DNA of 64,000 nucleotides from Nitrospinaceae bacterium (GCA_965237905.1 OZ250172.1:608001-672000); one strand, 5' to 3'. Positions 40,216-51,368 are shown, counted from the first letter of the stretch. The notes: generated by a model from the sequence alone, not told the origin. Numbers and translations: made by a program.

Positions 40216-41550
40216 ATGGAAACGATGACCACCACATGGGTGGGATATCTTTCTTTGATCATATTTGTTCTGGCCTATTCCCTGGTCGTGGTCGAAGAAA
40301 AAATCCACATGAGAAAATCCAAACCCGTTATCTTTGCGGGGTGCCTCATGTGGTTTTTCATTGGCCTTTATGAATCCCAACACGGTCACGGCACTGGCCA
40401 GGCTCACGATTATGTGAAGCACCTCATCGCGGAAATCGGCGAATTGTTTTTCTTTCTGCTTGCGGCCATGACTTACATCGATACCCTGGCAGAACGGAAT
40501 GTATTCAATGCCCTGCGCTCCTGGCTCCTTCGTAAAGGATTGGGCTTTCGTTCTCTGTTTTGGGCGACCGGGACCATCACCTTTTTCCTGTCTCCCCTCG
40601 CAGACAATTTAACCAGCGCACTGCTCATGTCCACCGTCGCGCTGGCGGTGAGCGGCGGTAATTCCAAATTCATTGTTCTCGCGTTCGTCAATATCGTGGT
40701 CGCGGCCAACGCGGGAGGCGCTTGGAGTCCGTTCGGCGACATCACCACGTTGATGGTCTGGACTTCCGGCAAGGTCGAAACGCTACAGTTCGCTTACCTT
40801 ATGATCCCGTCACTGGTCAACTGGTTGGTACCGGCGTTGTGCATGTTTTTCTTTATTCCCAACAAAGTCCCTGAAAGCCTCTCGGATGAAATTCATCTGA
40901 AACCCGGCGCCAAAATCATAATCTTCATGGGTATCTGCACCATCGCCACTGCTGTCAGCTTTCACCAATTCTTTCACCTGCCGCCGTTTCTGGGCATGAT
41001 GCTCGGCCTCTCCGCACTCATGCTTTTCGGTTACTATCTGAAACGCTGGGGAAACAAACATCTGAAGAAGGAGTTGCAAATCCCTGAAAGCCGGCAGGAG
41101 GAGCACCGCGATTTTGACATCTTCGACAAAATAGCCTCCGTGGAATTCGACACCCTGCTGTTCTTCTTCGGTGTACTCACTGCCGTCGGCGCTCTGCAAT
41201 ACATTGGCTACCTCGCCCTGATCAGCGAAAATCTGTATGCAACCATCGGTCCGACATGGTCCAACATTATCGTAGGCATTCTTTCTGCCGTGGTCGACAA
41301 CATTCCCGTCATGTTCGCCGTTTTAAGAATGGACCCTGCGATGGGAATCGACCAGTGGTTACTGGTCACACTGACCGCGGGAGTGGGCGGTAGCCTTCTA
41401 TCCATCGGTTCGGCCGCTGGCGTGGCGGTGATGGGCGTCGACCGGAAAAATTACACCTTCCTCTCCCACATGAAATGGGCATGGGCCATCGCCCTGGGCT
41501 ACGCGGCGAGCATCCTGTCCTGGTACTGGGTCACGGAAAGCCTCCGTTAA
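40216..41550 (+). CDS. nhaD: Na+/H+ antiporter NhaD
   Basis: RKSKP, ADNLT, ANAGGAWSPFGDITT and VDNIP motifs. Confidence 0.93.
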   Translation: METMTTTWVGYLSLIIFVLAYSLVVVEEKIHMRKSKPVIFAGCLMWFFIGLYESQHGHGTGQAHDYVKHLIAEIGELFFFLLAAMTYIDTLAERNVFNALRSWLLRKGLGFRSLFWATGTITFFLSPLADNLTSALLMSTVALAVSGGNSKFIVLAFVNIVVAANAGGAWSPFGDITTLMVWTSGKVETLQFAYLMIPSLVNWLVPALCMFFFIPNKVPESLSDEIHLKPGAKIIIFMGICTIATAVSFHQFFHLPPFLGMMLGLSALMLFGYYLKRWGNKHLKKELQIPESRQEEHRDFDIFDKIASVEFDTLLFFFGVLTAVGALQYIGYLALISENLYATIGPTWSNIIVGILSAVVDNIPVMFAVLRMDPAMGIDQWLLVTLTAGVGGSLLSIGSAAGVAVMGVDRKNYTFLSHMKWAWAIALGYAASILSWYWVTESLR

Positions 41551-41572
41551 TTTTCCTGCCGGAACATTTGGC

Positions 41573-42328
41573 TCAAGCTCTCGCCAGGGTGAAGACCTGT
41601 ACGCAACCCGCCTTGGCTTGCTTCAATACCCGGGTCACCTCGTTCAGCGTCGAACCGGTGGTGAACACATCGTCGACCAACAGAATATTTTTATCGAGCA
41701 TCGCATCCGGACTCACCACTTCAAACGCGCCGCGGACATTTTGAAAGCGTTCCGCCCGGTTTTTCCGGGCCTGGGGAAATGTTTCGCGGATGCGCTTCAA
41801 GGGCCGAACCAAGAGAGGTAAGCCCAAAATTTCCGCTATCTTATGCGCCAGAACAAAAGACTGATCGAATCCACGCTCTTTCAACTTCTTCACATGGAGT
41901 GGTACCGAGGCCACTGAGTATCCTAGATACTCATCCCGGCACGTTTCAAAATAATCCCGTAAAAAGGGTTCGATCTCGTCGATTGCTCCCGGTTGGTTGC
42001 GGTATTTGTAAAAGTGGATCAATTCCTTTAAAACCGAGTCGTACAACCCGAGCGAGCGGGCCCGGTCGAATCGAAATCCGCCCTTTTGGCACCAACCGCA
42101 CTCGAAGCCTTCCGCCGGATAATCGTAATCGATGTCGGCGGGAATCCCGCAGGTGTTGCATAGTGGATCGTCGATCACAAAGATATCGTCGCGGCACAAC
42201 CCGCACAAATAATCCCCGCCGTTCTTTCGGCTGAGTCCGCAACCGACACAACTGCGCGGAAACACGGCGTTCACTATCGATTCGCAAACCCGAACCACGC
42301 GAGGGCTTTGGAGGATTTGGTTTATCAT
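41573..42328 (-). CDS. ComF family protein (double zinc ribbon + PRT domain)
   Basis: CxxC pairs, RGFDQS and LVDDVFTTGST motifs. Confidence 0.92.
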   Translation of the reverse strand: MINQILQSPRVVRVCESIVNAVFPRSCVGCGLSRKNGGDYLCGLCRDDIFVIDDPLCNTCGIPADIDYDYPAEGFECGWCQKGGFRFDRARSLGLYDSVLKELIHFYKYRNQPGAIDEIEPFLRDYFETCRDEYLGYSVASVPLHVKKLKERGFDQSFVLAHKIAEILGLPLLVRPLKRIRETFPQARKNRAERFQNVRGAFEVVSPDAMLDKNILLVDDVFTTGSTLNEVTRVLKQAKAGCVQVFTLARA

Positions 42329-42438
42329 GTCAATCGCCAGGACTTTGTGATAAAGTTTTTTGCTTCGGAAGGAAGTGACATTATATCACGAAAGCCGAAC
42401 CCCAGACCTCTACCCATAACTCCTTTAAATATAATAGG

Positions 42439-43629
42439 ATGAATAAGAAAATCATTCAGCTGACCCAGCGCCATGTCGCCGCCACTTATGGACGCTATCC
42501 TATCGCCCTCGTCAAGGGCAAGGGCATGCACGTCTGGGATGCATCGGGAAACAAGTACCTCGATTTTGTTGCGGGCGTGGCGGTAGACAGCCTGGGGCAT
42601 TGCCACCCTGAAATCGTTCAAGCGATCCGCAAACAGGCCGGGCAATTGATTCACGTCTCCAATTGGTTTCATATCGAACCGCAAGCACGGCTCGCGGCAG
42701 AAATCACCCGGTTGAGTTTCGGCAACAAAGTCTTTTTCTGTAACAGCGGAACTGAAGCCATCGAAGGCGCCATCAAACTGGCGCGGCGGTTTTTTGTCGA
42801 TCAGGGACAAAAAAGCAAAACTGAAATCATCACCACCTATAAAGCGTTCCACGGGCGCACCCTGGGAGCGATGAGCGCGACTCCGCAGGATAAAATTCAA
42901 AAAGGGTTCGGTCCGCTGGTGCCGGGCTTCAAGTACGTTCCGTTCGATGATATTGCGGCGATGAAAAAAGCCGTCACCTCCAAAACCTGCGCGGTGATGG
43001 TCGAACCCATTCAGGGCGAAAGCGGCGTCAACATTCCTTCCAGAACTTACCTTAAGGAATTGCGAAAATTGTGCACCGAAAGGGATGTCTTATTGATCCT
43101 GGATGAAATACAAACTGGATTCGGACGAACCGGTCACCTGTTCGCTTGTCAGGCGTTCGGAGCCAAACCGGATATCATGACCCTCGCCAAGGGTCTCGGT
43201 GCCGGGGTACCCATCGGCGCCCTGGTGATGACGAATCGGGTGGCGAAATCGCTCGGACCGGGCACCCACGGCAGTACTTTCGGTGGCAATCCGTTGGTGT
43301 GCACTGCCGCCCTCGCATCGGTGGCTATCGTGAGTCAAAAGGATTTTCTTAAAAACGTGCGGGAAACAGGAAAGTATTTTCTTTCGCAACTGAAAGAGCT
43401 GTCCCGAAAATTCTCCATCATAAAAGAAGTCCGGGGCATGGGTCTGATTCTGGCCATCGATATCAACGGCTCCTCCGCCAGCGTTGCCAAGGATTGTATG
43501 GAACAGGGAATTCTGGTAAATAGTATTCAGCCGGGGACCCTGCGGTTCATTCCACCTCTGATCGTGTCGCAAAAAAATATAGATGCTTTGATCCGGGTCC
43601 TGACTAAAAGCCTGACCCAACTCTCATAA
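42439..43629 (+). CDS. argD: Acetylornithine aminotransferase (class III)
   Basis: NSGTEA, FHGRT, EPIQGE, DEIQTG, AKGLG and TFGGNP motifs. Confidence 0.92.
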   Translation: MNKKIIQLTQRHVAATYGRYPIALVKGKGMHVWDASGNKYLDFVAGVAVDSLGHCHPEIVQAIRKQAGQLIHVSNWFHIEPQARLAAEITRLSFGNKVFFCNSGTEAIEGAIKLARRFFVDQGQKSKTEIITTYKAFHGRTLGAMSATPQDKIQKGFGPLVPGFKYVPFDDIAAMKKAVTSKTCAVMVEPIQGESGVNIPSRTYLKELRKLCTERDVLLILDEIQTGFGRTGHLFACQAFGAKPDIMTLAKGLGAGVPIGALVMTNRVAKSLGPGTHGSTFGGNPLVCTAALASVAIVSQKDFLKNVRETGKYFLSQLKELSRKFSIIKEVRGMGLILAIDINGSSASVAKDCMEQGILVNSIQPGTLRFIPPLIVSQKNIDALIRVLTKSLTQLS

Positions 43630-43655
43630 CGAACGTTACCTCTTAAACTGAAGGT

Positions 43656-45401
43656 GTGATGCCCATGGTTCACCCAGCCCATCCTCTCAAAGCGTATCCG
43701 GTTCTCGCCTCCGTCAAAGCACTTTTATTCAAAATAGTGTTTCCAGCTTTACTGATATGGATGGCTTGCGGCAACGCCCCCGCCTTCGCAAAGGAAAAGG
43801 CGGTGGAGCCCCCCAACGATCCGCAAAAAATCCGCCAGATATTGCTTTTGCTTTCCGACCAGACCTTGAGAATCCAAAAAGAACTGGACGGACTCAAAAA
43901 CATGCCTGCCACCAAAACCGTCAACAAGCGGAGAGAGGAATTGATTCTGCAACTGGACGGGTTGAACCATAACTTTGAATCGCTGGCAACCGAACTGCAG
44001 ACCGAGGATTTTTATCTGGGTAAGAAAAAAGAGGATTCAGGCTGGAGCAAGGAACTGGAGGGATTAATACTTCCTCTGCTGGAGGCCGTCAGTGATGTCA
44101 CGGAGAAGCCTCGCAAAATAGAACGACTCAAAAAAAGAGTCGCGGCTCTGGAAACCCAACTCAAAATGTTTGAAGTGGGACAAAACAATATCAAGAGCCT
44201 TCTTACCATGGACAATCAGTCCCTGGACCCGAAGAGCCCCCAAACAAAAAAATACCTGGCCACCCTGGAAAATTTGAAGAACAAATACAACATAGAGCTG
44301 GTTCAGATCAAACTGGAGGAAGCCCGCCGCAACCTGGAAAATGAATTAGAGAGTAGCGAGTCCTTATGGAATGCGGCAACGAAAACGGTCAAGGACTTCT
44401 TCAAACACCGAGGCCTTAACCTTCTGATCACGGTAGCCCTCTTTTTTGCCCTGTGGTACCTGTTGACCAAACTGCGCGTTTTTATCGTGGGCGAAAAGAG
44501 TTTCATCAAAATCCCACCGTGGACACGAAAGCTCCTGGTCACTGCCTATAGTGTGCTGGTTCTCATGCTCTGCGTTGTTTCGAGTCTGGTTGCGCTCTAT
44601 TTTCTAAATGACTGGTTGTTGTTGAGTGTCATCATCCTTTTCATGCTGGCGATCTTCTGGGCCTCGCGCCAGTTCATTCCCCGATTGTTTCAAGAGGTGC
44701 GGCTGGCTCTCAACCTGGGCACCGTGAAAGAAAAAGAACGGCTGATCTGGAACGGCGTTCCCTGGGAAGTTACCAACCTCGGCCTGCAGGCCACCCTTGT
44801 CAATCCTCATCTGGAAGGGGGCCAACTGCAACTGCCTCTGGGAGCGTTGATCGGCAAGCTCTCCCGTCCCATCGTGGCAGACGAACCCTGGTTTCCATCC
44901 CAGACAGGCAACTGGGTCACTCTCTCCGACGGCACCTACGGACAGGTGGAACAACAAACCATGGAACAGGTGGTCCTGCGCCTCAAAGGCAATACGTTGA
45001 AGTTTTATTCAACACCGGAGTTCCTCGGCACAACCCCTATGAACCTGTCGAAGGGTTTTAGATACGATATCGAGTTCGGACTGGATTACAGTGTGCAATC
45101 GCGCATCTGCGATGAAATCCCCCAACTGTTCGAAAAGGGGCTGTGGACTCATCTGGAACGGCACTACCAGAAAGATTCGCCGGACTTCACCTACACGAAG
45201 GTTTCCTTCGACAATGCCGGGAGTAGCGCGCTCAACTTAAAAGTGATCGTCGATGTGGAGGGACATTGCGCCGAACGCTACGAGGAAATCCAGCGGGATA
45301 TCCAGTCCACGCTCGTCCGCATCTGTAACGAGAACAACCTGATCATCCCCTTCAACCAACTCACCGTCACCCTCCCCGACAACCTAAAATCCCAAGCCTG
45401 A
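43656..45401 (+). CDS. Divergent MscS-like membrane protein with large periplasmic coiled-coil domain (start uncertain)
   Basis: Signal peptide, coiled coil, 3 TM, MscS-like cytoplasmic motifs (FGLDY, F...GSSALN, IIPFNQ). Confidence 0.7.
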   Translation: MMPMVHPAHPLKAYPVLASVKALLFKIVFPALLIWMACGNAPAFAKEKAVEPPNDPQKIRQILLLLSDQTLRIQKELDGLKNMPATKTVNKRREELILQLDGLNHNFESLATELQTEDFYLGKKKEDSGWSKELEGLILPLLEAVSDVTEKPRKIERLKKRVAALETQLKMFEVGQNNIKSLLTMDNQSLDPKSPQTKKYLATLENLKNKYNIELVQIKLEEARRNLENELESSESLWNAATKTVKDFFKHRGLNLLITVALFFALWYLLTKLRVFIVGEKSFIKIPPWTRKLLVTAYSVLVLMLCVVSSLVALYFLNDWLLLSVIILFMLAIFWASRQFIPRLFQEVRLALNLGTVKEKERLIWNGVPWEVTNLGLQATLVNPHLEGGQLQLPLGALIGKLSRPIVADEPWFPSQTGNWVTLSDGTYGQVEQQTMEQVVLRLKGNTLKFYSTPEFLGTTPMNLSKGFRYDIEFGLDYSVQSRICDEIPQLFEKGLWTHLERHYQKDSPDFTYTKVSFDNAGSSALNLKVIVDVEGHCAERYEEIQRDIQSTLVRICNENNLIIPFNQLTVTLPDNLKSQA

Positions 45402-45463
45402 TTGTGAATCCCTCTATTCGCACAGAATAATAAAAATATTCCATTTCCACTTCATAATGCGAA

Positions 45464-46978
45464 TCATCTGGGGTTCCCCAGTCCTTTCAACAGTTCCTTT
45501 AATTTGGGTTGCAGATGATACCAAAACTCGGAGAAAATCTTGTGCATCCTCCATTGGGTCCCCAAGTTGATCGCAATGGATAAGATCAATCCCCCCAGAA
45601 CCAGGGGTTGGTTCCACAAACTCAAAAATATTTTTTTCAAGCCGTCCCATAAAAACAGATTGGTCAGGGCGTCCCAAATTCCTTTCACAGTATCCCAAAG
45701 GGTGGCCGGGTTCGACGCTCTTACTTCTGTAATGAAGTACCCTACAAGAATCCACAACGTACAGGCGACAAAACCGAAGTAGGCCGCCGCCCGGAGCCAA
45801 ACCAGCCACTTATATTTTTTCAAAAGAGATTCGTTTCCGTTGTGCGCGTTCAGAATTTCTTTTTCAATGTCTTCGTAATTTCCTGAGGGCGCATCGGTCG
45901 ATACGATTTTCAGGGCTCCGGGAAGGTTGCCGGGGAAATAGCCCTCGGTTGCCTGCGAGATTCGAGCCACAGTGCTGATGTGGATTTTGGGGGTGATGTT
46001 GTTGTCTTTTCCGTAAATCTCTTTGATATTCCGGGGCCAGTATCGGTAGTAGACTGCTAACCCCGACCGGGAGTCATAGAGTTTGTCGTGGACATTCCGG
46101 TGAGTTTTGTAAAGCTCCCAGTCATGGCCCAAGAATTTTAATCCCGCGGTCCCGGCCCGGGCCATCATCCAGTCGAGAGAGACCAACGACATCCCTTGTA
46201 TCGGATAGCCGCCCCCGACATTAGAGTGAACCCCGGAAAACCAGACCTGCTCGATCCGATCTCCCTGGTTTTTCTCGTCCCACATGACAGGGGAAAAAGT
46301 GCCGCGCTCGTCGTCGATGGCCAGGGCGTGGCAAGCCTTCCCCACTTTTTTATTCAGCGTAGGGGTGTTGAACGTGAATTTATAAAGTAGATTAAGGAAT
46401 TTTGTCGCCGCGTCGGAGGGCAGGCCGACCGCGTCCACCGTGTCCCACACTCCGATAAAGCGAATGCTGGCGACTTCTCGAAACGCTTCTTCTTTTACCG
46501 TGCCCAGGCCGAACAGCCATTTGATCCCCTTAAACAGCCAGCCCAACACCGACCAATACTTGTTACGGTTATTGGAGTAGGCTCTTCTGACCTGTTTTAG
46601 AAAGTCGGCATCGTCGTCGCACTTTGACGGGTCCAGCAGACCGCGGGAGCAGATGAAGTCGGCCAGGGTGCGCACGGTGAACGCGCCGCGGCTGAACCCG
46701 AACAGGAAGATCCGGTCATTGGGTTTATAAACCCTGGAGAGGTCCGCGTACAGTTCCTTGACGTTCCGGCTGAGACCCCAGCCAAAGGCGCCGCCGAGCA
46801 GTTTCAACAGTTTCAATTTTTGCGTTCCCACGCCATCGTCATAAATGGCGACCTGTTGTTCCGCCGGCGGCGGTTGGTGAAGGTCCACCGCTTCATAGAG
46901 TTTGAACACGTTGGTGCCGCGCCCCTTGCTGGCAGTGTTGCCCGTGCCATCGGAGCAGATCACGATATTCTTCGCCAT
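45464..46978 (-). CDS. DUF2235 (Tle1-like alpha/beta hydrolase) with C-terminal TM helices
   Basis: DGTGN, GVGT, GFSRG, VWDTV, HALAIDD.R and FSGVHSNVGGG motifs. Confidence 0.92.
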   Translation of the reverse strand: MAKNIVICSDGTGNTASKGRGTNVFKLYEAVDLHQPPPAEQQVAIYDDGVGTQKLKLLKLLGGAFGWGLSRNVKELYADLSRVYKPNDRIFLFGFSRGAFTVRTLADFICSRGLLDPSKCDDDADFLKQVRRAYSNNRNKYWSVLGWLFKGIKWLFGLGTVKEEAFREVASIRFIGVWDTVDAVGLPSDAATKFLNLLYKFTFNTPTLNKKVGKACHALAIDDERGTFSPVMWDEKNQGDRIEQVWFSGVHSNVGGGYPIQGMSLVSLDWMMARAGTAGLKFLGHDWELYKTHRNVHDKLYDSRSGLAVYYRYWPRNIKEIYGKDNNITPKIHISTVARISQATEGYFPGNLPGALKIVSTDAPSGNYEDIEKEILNAHNGNESLLKKYKWLVWLRAAAYFGFVACTLWILVGYFITEVRASNPATLWDTVKGIWDALTNLFLWDGLKKIFLSLWNQPLVLGGLILSIAINLGTQWRMHKIFSEFWYHLQPKLKELLKGLGNPR

Positions 46979-47333
46979 GATAAGTCCCCCCTCAGAGATG
47001 ATTGCTACCTTGATGATGTGGATTCCCGCACGCTCTTTGATGGCTTTTCTTATACCTACCGGCCATTCCTCATACTATTTTTTACTCTTCCTCTTAATCT
47101 TCTCCAAAACGACGGATATTTTTAAAGTTCCTTTGAGCTGGGCATTACCTCTGTCGTCTCTTCCCTTACCATCAAATTTCACTCTCAGGGATGAAAAATG
47201 GCTTCCGGCAACACCCGGCCTTTTGGAAATGTCATTCCACCGATGATTCTCGCCTGGGAAGTAGTAAGAAAATTTGGTTGAACGATTCCTGTTAATCTTC
47301 TTTATCAAGTATCCAGGCGGTGCTGGAATCCTG

Positions 47334-47399
47334 ATTGCTTGAGTTCTTTGCAAGAAGGTATTCTTTATTGCTTGAGTTCTTTGCAAGAAGGTATTCTTT
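47334..47399. repeat. Exact 2 x 33-bp tandem duplication
   Basis: ATTGCTTGAGTTCTTTGCAAGAAGGTATTCTTT twice (KNTFLQRTQAI x2). Confidence 0.95.
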
Positions 47400-47624
47400 C
47401 TATAAAATTCCGCTATTGAATAAGACACAATAACAACAATACTTTTCCCATTCTTAATTATGGTTGCTCCTTCGGTTCTAACATCGACCTGGGTCCTGCT
47501 TCCCTTTTTACTGTTAACATCCGCATCGGTGCCCGATATGTGGCGAATTCTGGTGAAATAGACAGGTTTTTCAAGAACATATTTTTTTGCCATATTTGGA
47601 GTAATTATTACCGACGATATTGGT

Positions 47625-47752
47625 CTTGGTGGTACGGGCCTTATTGGCGGTACGAGTGTTGGCCGTACTGGTGCTGGTGTTGGCGGTACGGGTGTCGGCA
47701 GTACGGGTGTCGGCAGTACGGGTGTTGGCGGTACGGGTGTTAGCACGGGTGT
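47625..47752. repeat. 15-bp-period tandem repeats encoding a PTPVL/PTPVP linker
   Basis: GTACGGGTGTYGGCR units. Confidence 0.85.
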
Positions 47753-49650
47753 TCTGGAGAGACCGAGTGACTTTTCCATCTCCGGATCGAATAGAGCTTT
47801 TTTCCAATTGACCGCTAATTGGATTTGGGGAACTTCCAATCCCTGGGTGTTCTCTAAATTGGCTCCTTCCAAATTGGCCCCTTCGAGGTTGGCTCCTTGG
47901 AGGTTGGCTCCTTGGAGCTCAGCCTCTTGGAGATTAGCATTCTGCTTTTTGGAGGTTGGCCTCTTGGAGACTTGTCTCTTGGAGGTTGGCATCATGGAGT
48001 TTGGCTTTCTGGAGGTCGGCCTTTTGGAGATCGGCTCCCAGGAGTTTGGCCTCTTGGAGTTTGGCCTCCCGGAGGTCAGCCCCTTGGAGTTTGGCTCTCT
48101 TGAGGTTGGCCTCTCGGAGGTTGGCATCCTGGAGGTCAGCCCCTTGGAGTTCAGCCCCTTGGAGTTCAGCTTCTTGAAGGTTCGAATTTCTCAAATGGGC
48201 TTCGTGCAGGTCCGCTCCATCAAAATTGGTTCCAACAAGTTGGGCGTTTACCAGAAAGACATTATGCGCATTGGCATGGGACAAATCTTTTCCTGAAAGA
48301 ACCGCTCCCTCGACACCCTTGGTAGGATTTTCAGGGTTCCAGTTTTTGGGCTTGATCGAAACTTCCTGGTAATCGATATCTGGAGCTCTAAGATATTTGA
48401 TTAAAAAACTATCAGTCTTGTATTGGTAGAAAATCCATCCCGCAAGCCCAATGATGACTGTGAATCCAAGGGCATCGAGACCATGTTTCTGCAGAAAACC
48501 TCCTTCTGAGTTCCGGCCCTCTGTGGCGAGAGTTCGCCGGGCCATTCCCAGATAATCCCAGGCCAACAACCAACCAATCAGAGCGGCCAGGAAATGAGCT
48601 TCAATAAGCCAATCAATCTGACTGCCCAAAGATGCGACCCAGAAAAATAACAGGCAAATGGGCGTGGCGAACCAGGCCAGAAGTAGACCGATAAACTCGT
48701 GGGACCATCGAATAGATTTCTTGGTTCCCTTCGAACTTTCAAAGTTGGGTGTGGCGAACCAGCCCAGAAGTGAATCGAGAAGACTGTGGGATTGCTGAAT
48801 AGACTCTTTGTCTCCCTTCGAATCCTCAAAGTAATGCGTCGCCCAACTGTTGAGGGCCCACGGCAGGACTTTGGCGCCCAAAGGTGTATTGTCGGTCAAC
48901 ATGCGCGGCAGTTGCGCCAGTAACCAACAATGCTTCATCAGGTAATGATGAAAGTAAACAAACAAGGCCAATAGAAACCAGGGGGCGAGATAATAAAACC
49001 ATTTGAAGGAAACACGGGTCCCGATGATAGGAAGCGGGAAACCGGTGGAAGTGGAAAATGTCAGCAGTTGCGCACCTTCGGCGGAAAGAATGGTCAACCC
49101 GCAAAACGCCAGGGCACCCAGCAGGGTTATGAACAAGGTGCGGATCATCCGGGAACTATCGTTCATGTTATCGATCCGGTCCTCGAAATAACGCTCCGAA
49201 GGCATTTTGGCGTTGGATACATTGGCCCCTCCAAATTGCGTGCCATCGGTATTGGCATTCTCCAAATTAGCTTTGACCAGCTTTGCACCCCGTAAATTGG
49301 CATTGGATAAATCGGCATCACCGAAATCGACCCCGGAAAGGTCGGAACCACTGAGATCCACTCCTCTGAGGTTTTGACTAGAAATATTCCAATTCCTTAG
49401 ATCGTATTTCTGCAATTTCAGGCGCCGGTCTTTTTGTTTTTCCTGGTCTTCCGGGGATAGCTTCAGCCATTCATGGTGGAGCTCGAGTTTGTCGTTGAGG
49501 GAGGGCGCTGATTCGTTCTCTGGAGGTTTTGGGGTTTCGTCGTTCATGGGAAAGCCCTCTTAGGTATAGCGATACGCGGATTATAACCCTAATATTTCCA
49601 AATGGGCAATTAAATCCCATCGTTTCGGAAACCTTTTCAGATTGTTGTCG

Positions 49651-49804
49651 CCCTTCGACAGGCTCTTCATAAAAGGCAAAAGGAGGAATCCCCCGGCCCC
49701 CTTTACAAGGGGGAGCACATAAAACCCAGGTTCTTCGTCGGCTTTGCCTCCTCAGAATGACAATTCAATATTGACTGTCATTCTGAACTTCAGCGAAGGA
49801 TCTA
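49651..49804. repeat. Cluster of REP-like palindromes
   Basis: CCCTTCGACAGGCTC; CCCCCTTTACAAGGGGG; TCAGAATGACA...TGTCATTCTGA inverted pair. Confidence 0.7.
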
Positions 49805-49922
49805 GGTTTCCCATCCTGTTTTTCCTGTTATCCTGTCAAAATATTTTATTTGCAGTTTGGGGGCTTATTAATCAAAATACCCCTTTAAAATTAAGTCATT
49901 AGAAACCTCTCATCTCATCTGA

Positions 49923-51047
<1,125 letters not shown>

Positions 51048-51320
51048 TGCGAATCTTCACTCCTGAGGAATACTTCTTGCGGGTTCTACGGCGGATATCT
51101 TTAACGACTGATTCACTCGATACATTCTTGTTCATAATAACCCCTATTTTAAGGAAAGTTTAACAGAAAGTATCTCTTCGCTTATTACCCCATACGGTTC
51201 ACTTTTGGTTGACGTTAAACAATTTAACCAATTGACTACATCGCTGGGTGAAACAGCTTTCACGATACAATTTCAAAACAAAAGGGCCTAGACGCAACGA
51301 TTAGCCCCTTTCATACTAAA

Positions 51321-51368
51321 GTAGAGCTGGGGGTGGGATCAAACCCCCGACCTCTTGAGTAAGAGTCA
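51321..51368 (-). pseudogene. Degenerate tRNA 3' half (att-site-like relic)
   Basis: Reverse complement GTGACTCTTACTCAAGAGGTCGGGGGTTTGATCCCACCCCCAGCTCTAC gives an anticodon arm, GGTC, a mutated T arm and an acceptor-like end; no D arm or 5' acceptor strand. Confidence 0.55.

Larger units (their letters stand above)
47075..49547 (-). pseudogene. Membrane pentapeptide-repeat protein with Pro-rich linker and C-terminal domain, frameshifted near 47940
   Basis: The 537-aa ORF (47934..49547) ends ...ANLQKAEC*; the pentapeptide series resumes as ANLQEAELQG in the frame of ORF 47075..48127. Confidence 0.8.

Noticed and set aside
45414..45455. Short MKWKWNIFIILCE* reading downstream of the DUF2235 gene
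   Set aside because: Could be a truncated gene start but is too short to support.
47946..48127. N-terminus of ORF 47075..48127 (MPTSERPTS...)
   Set aside because: Out-of-frame reading of the pentapeptide repeats, not a real start.
47625..48200. CRISPR-like periodicity
   Set aside because: Contiguous 15-bp coding repeats with no spacers and no cas genes.
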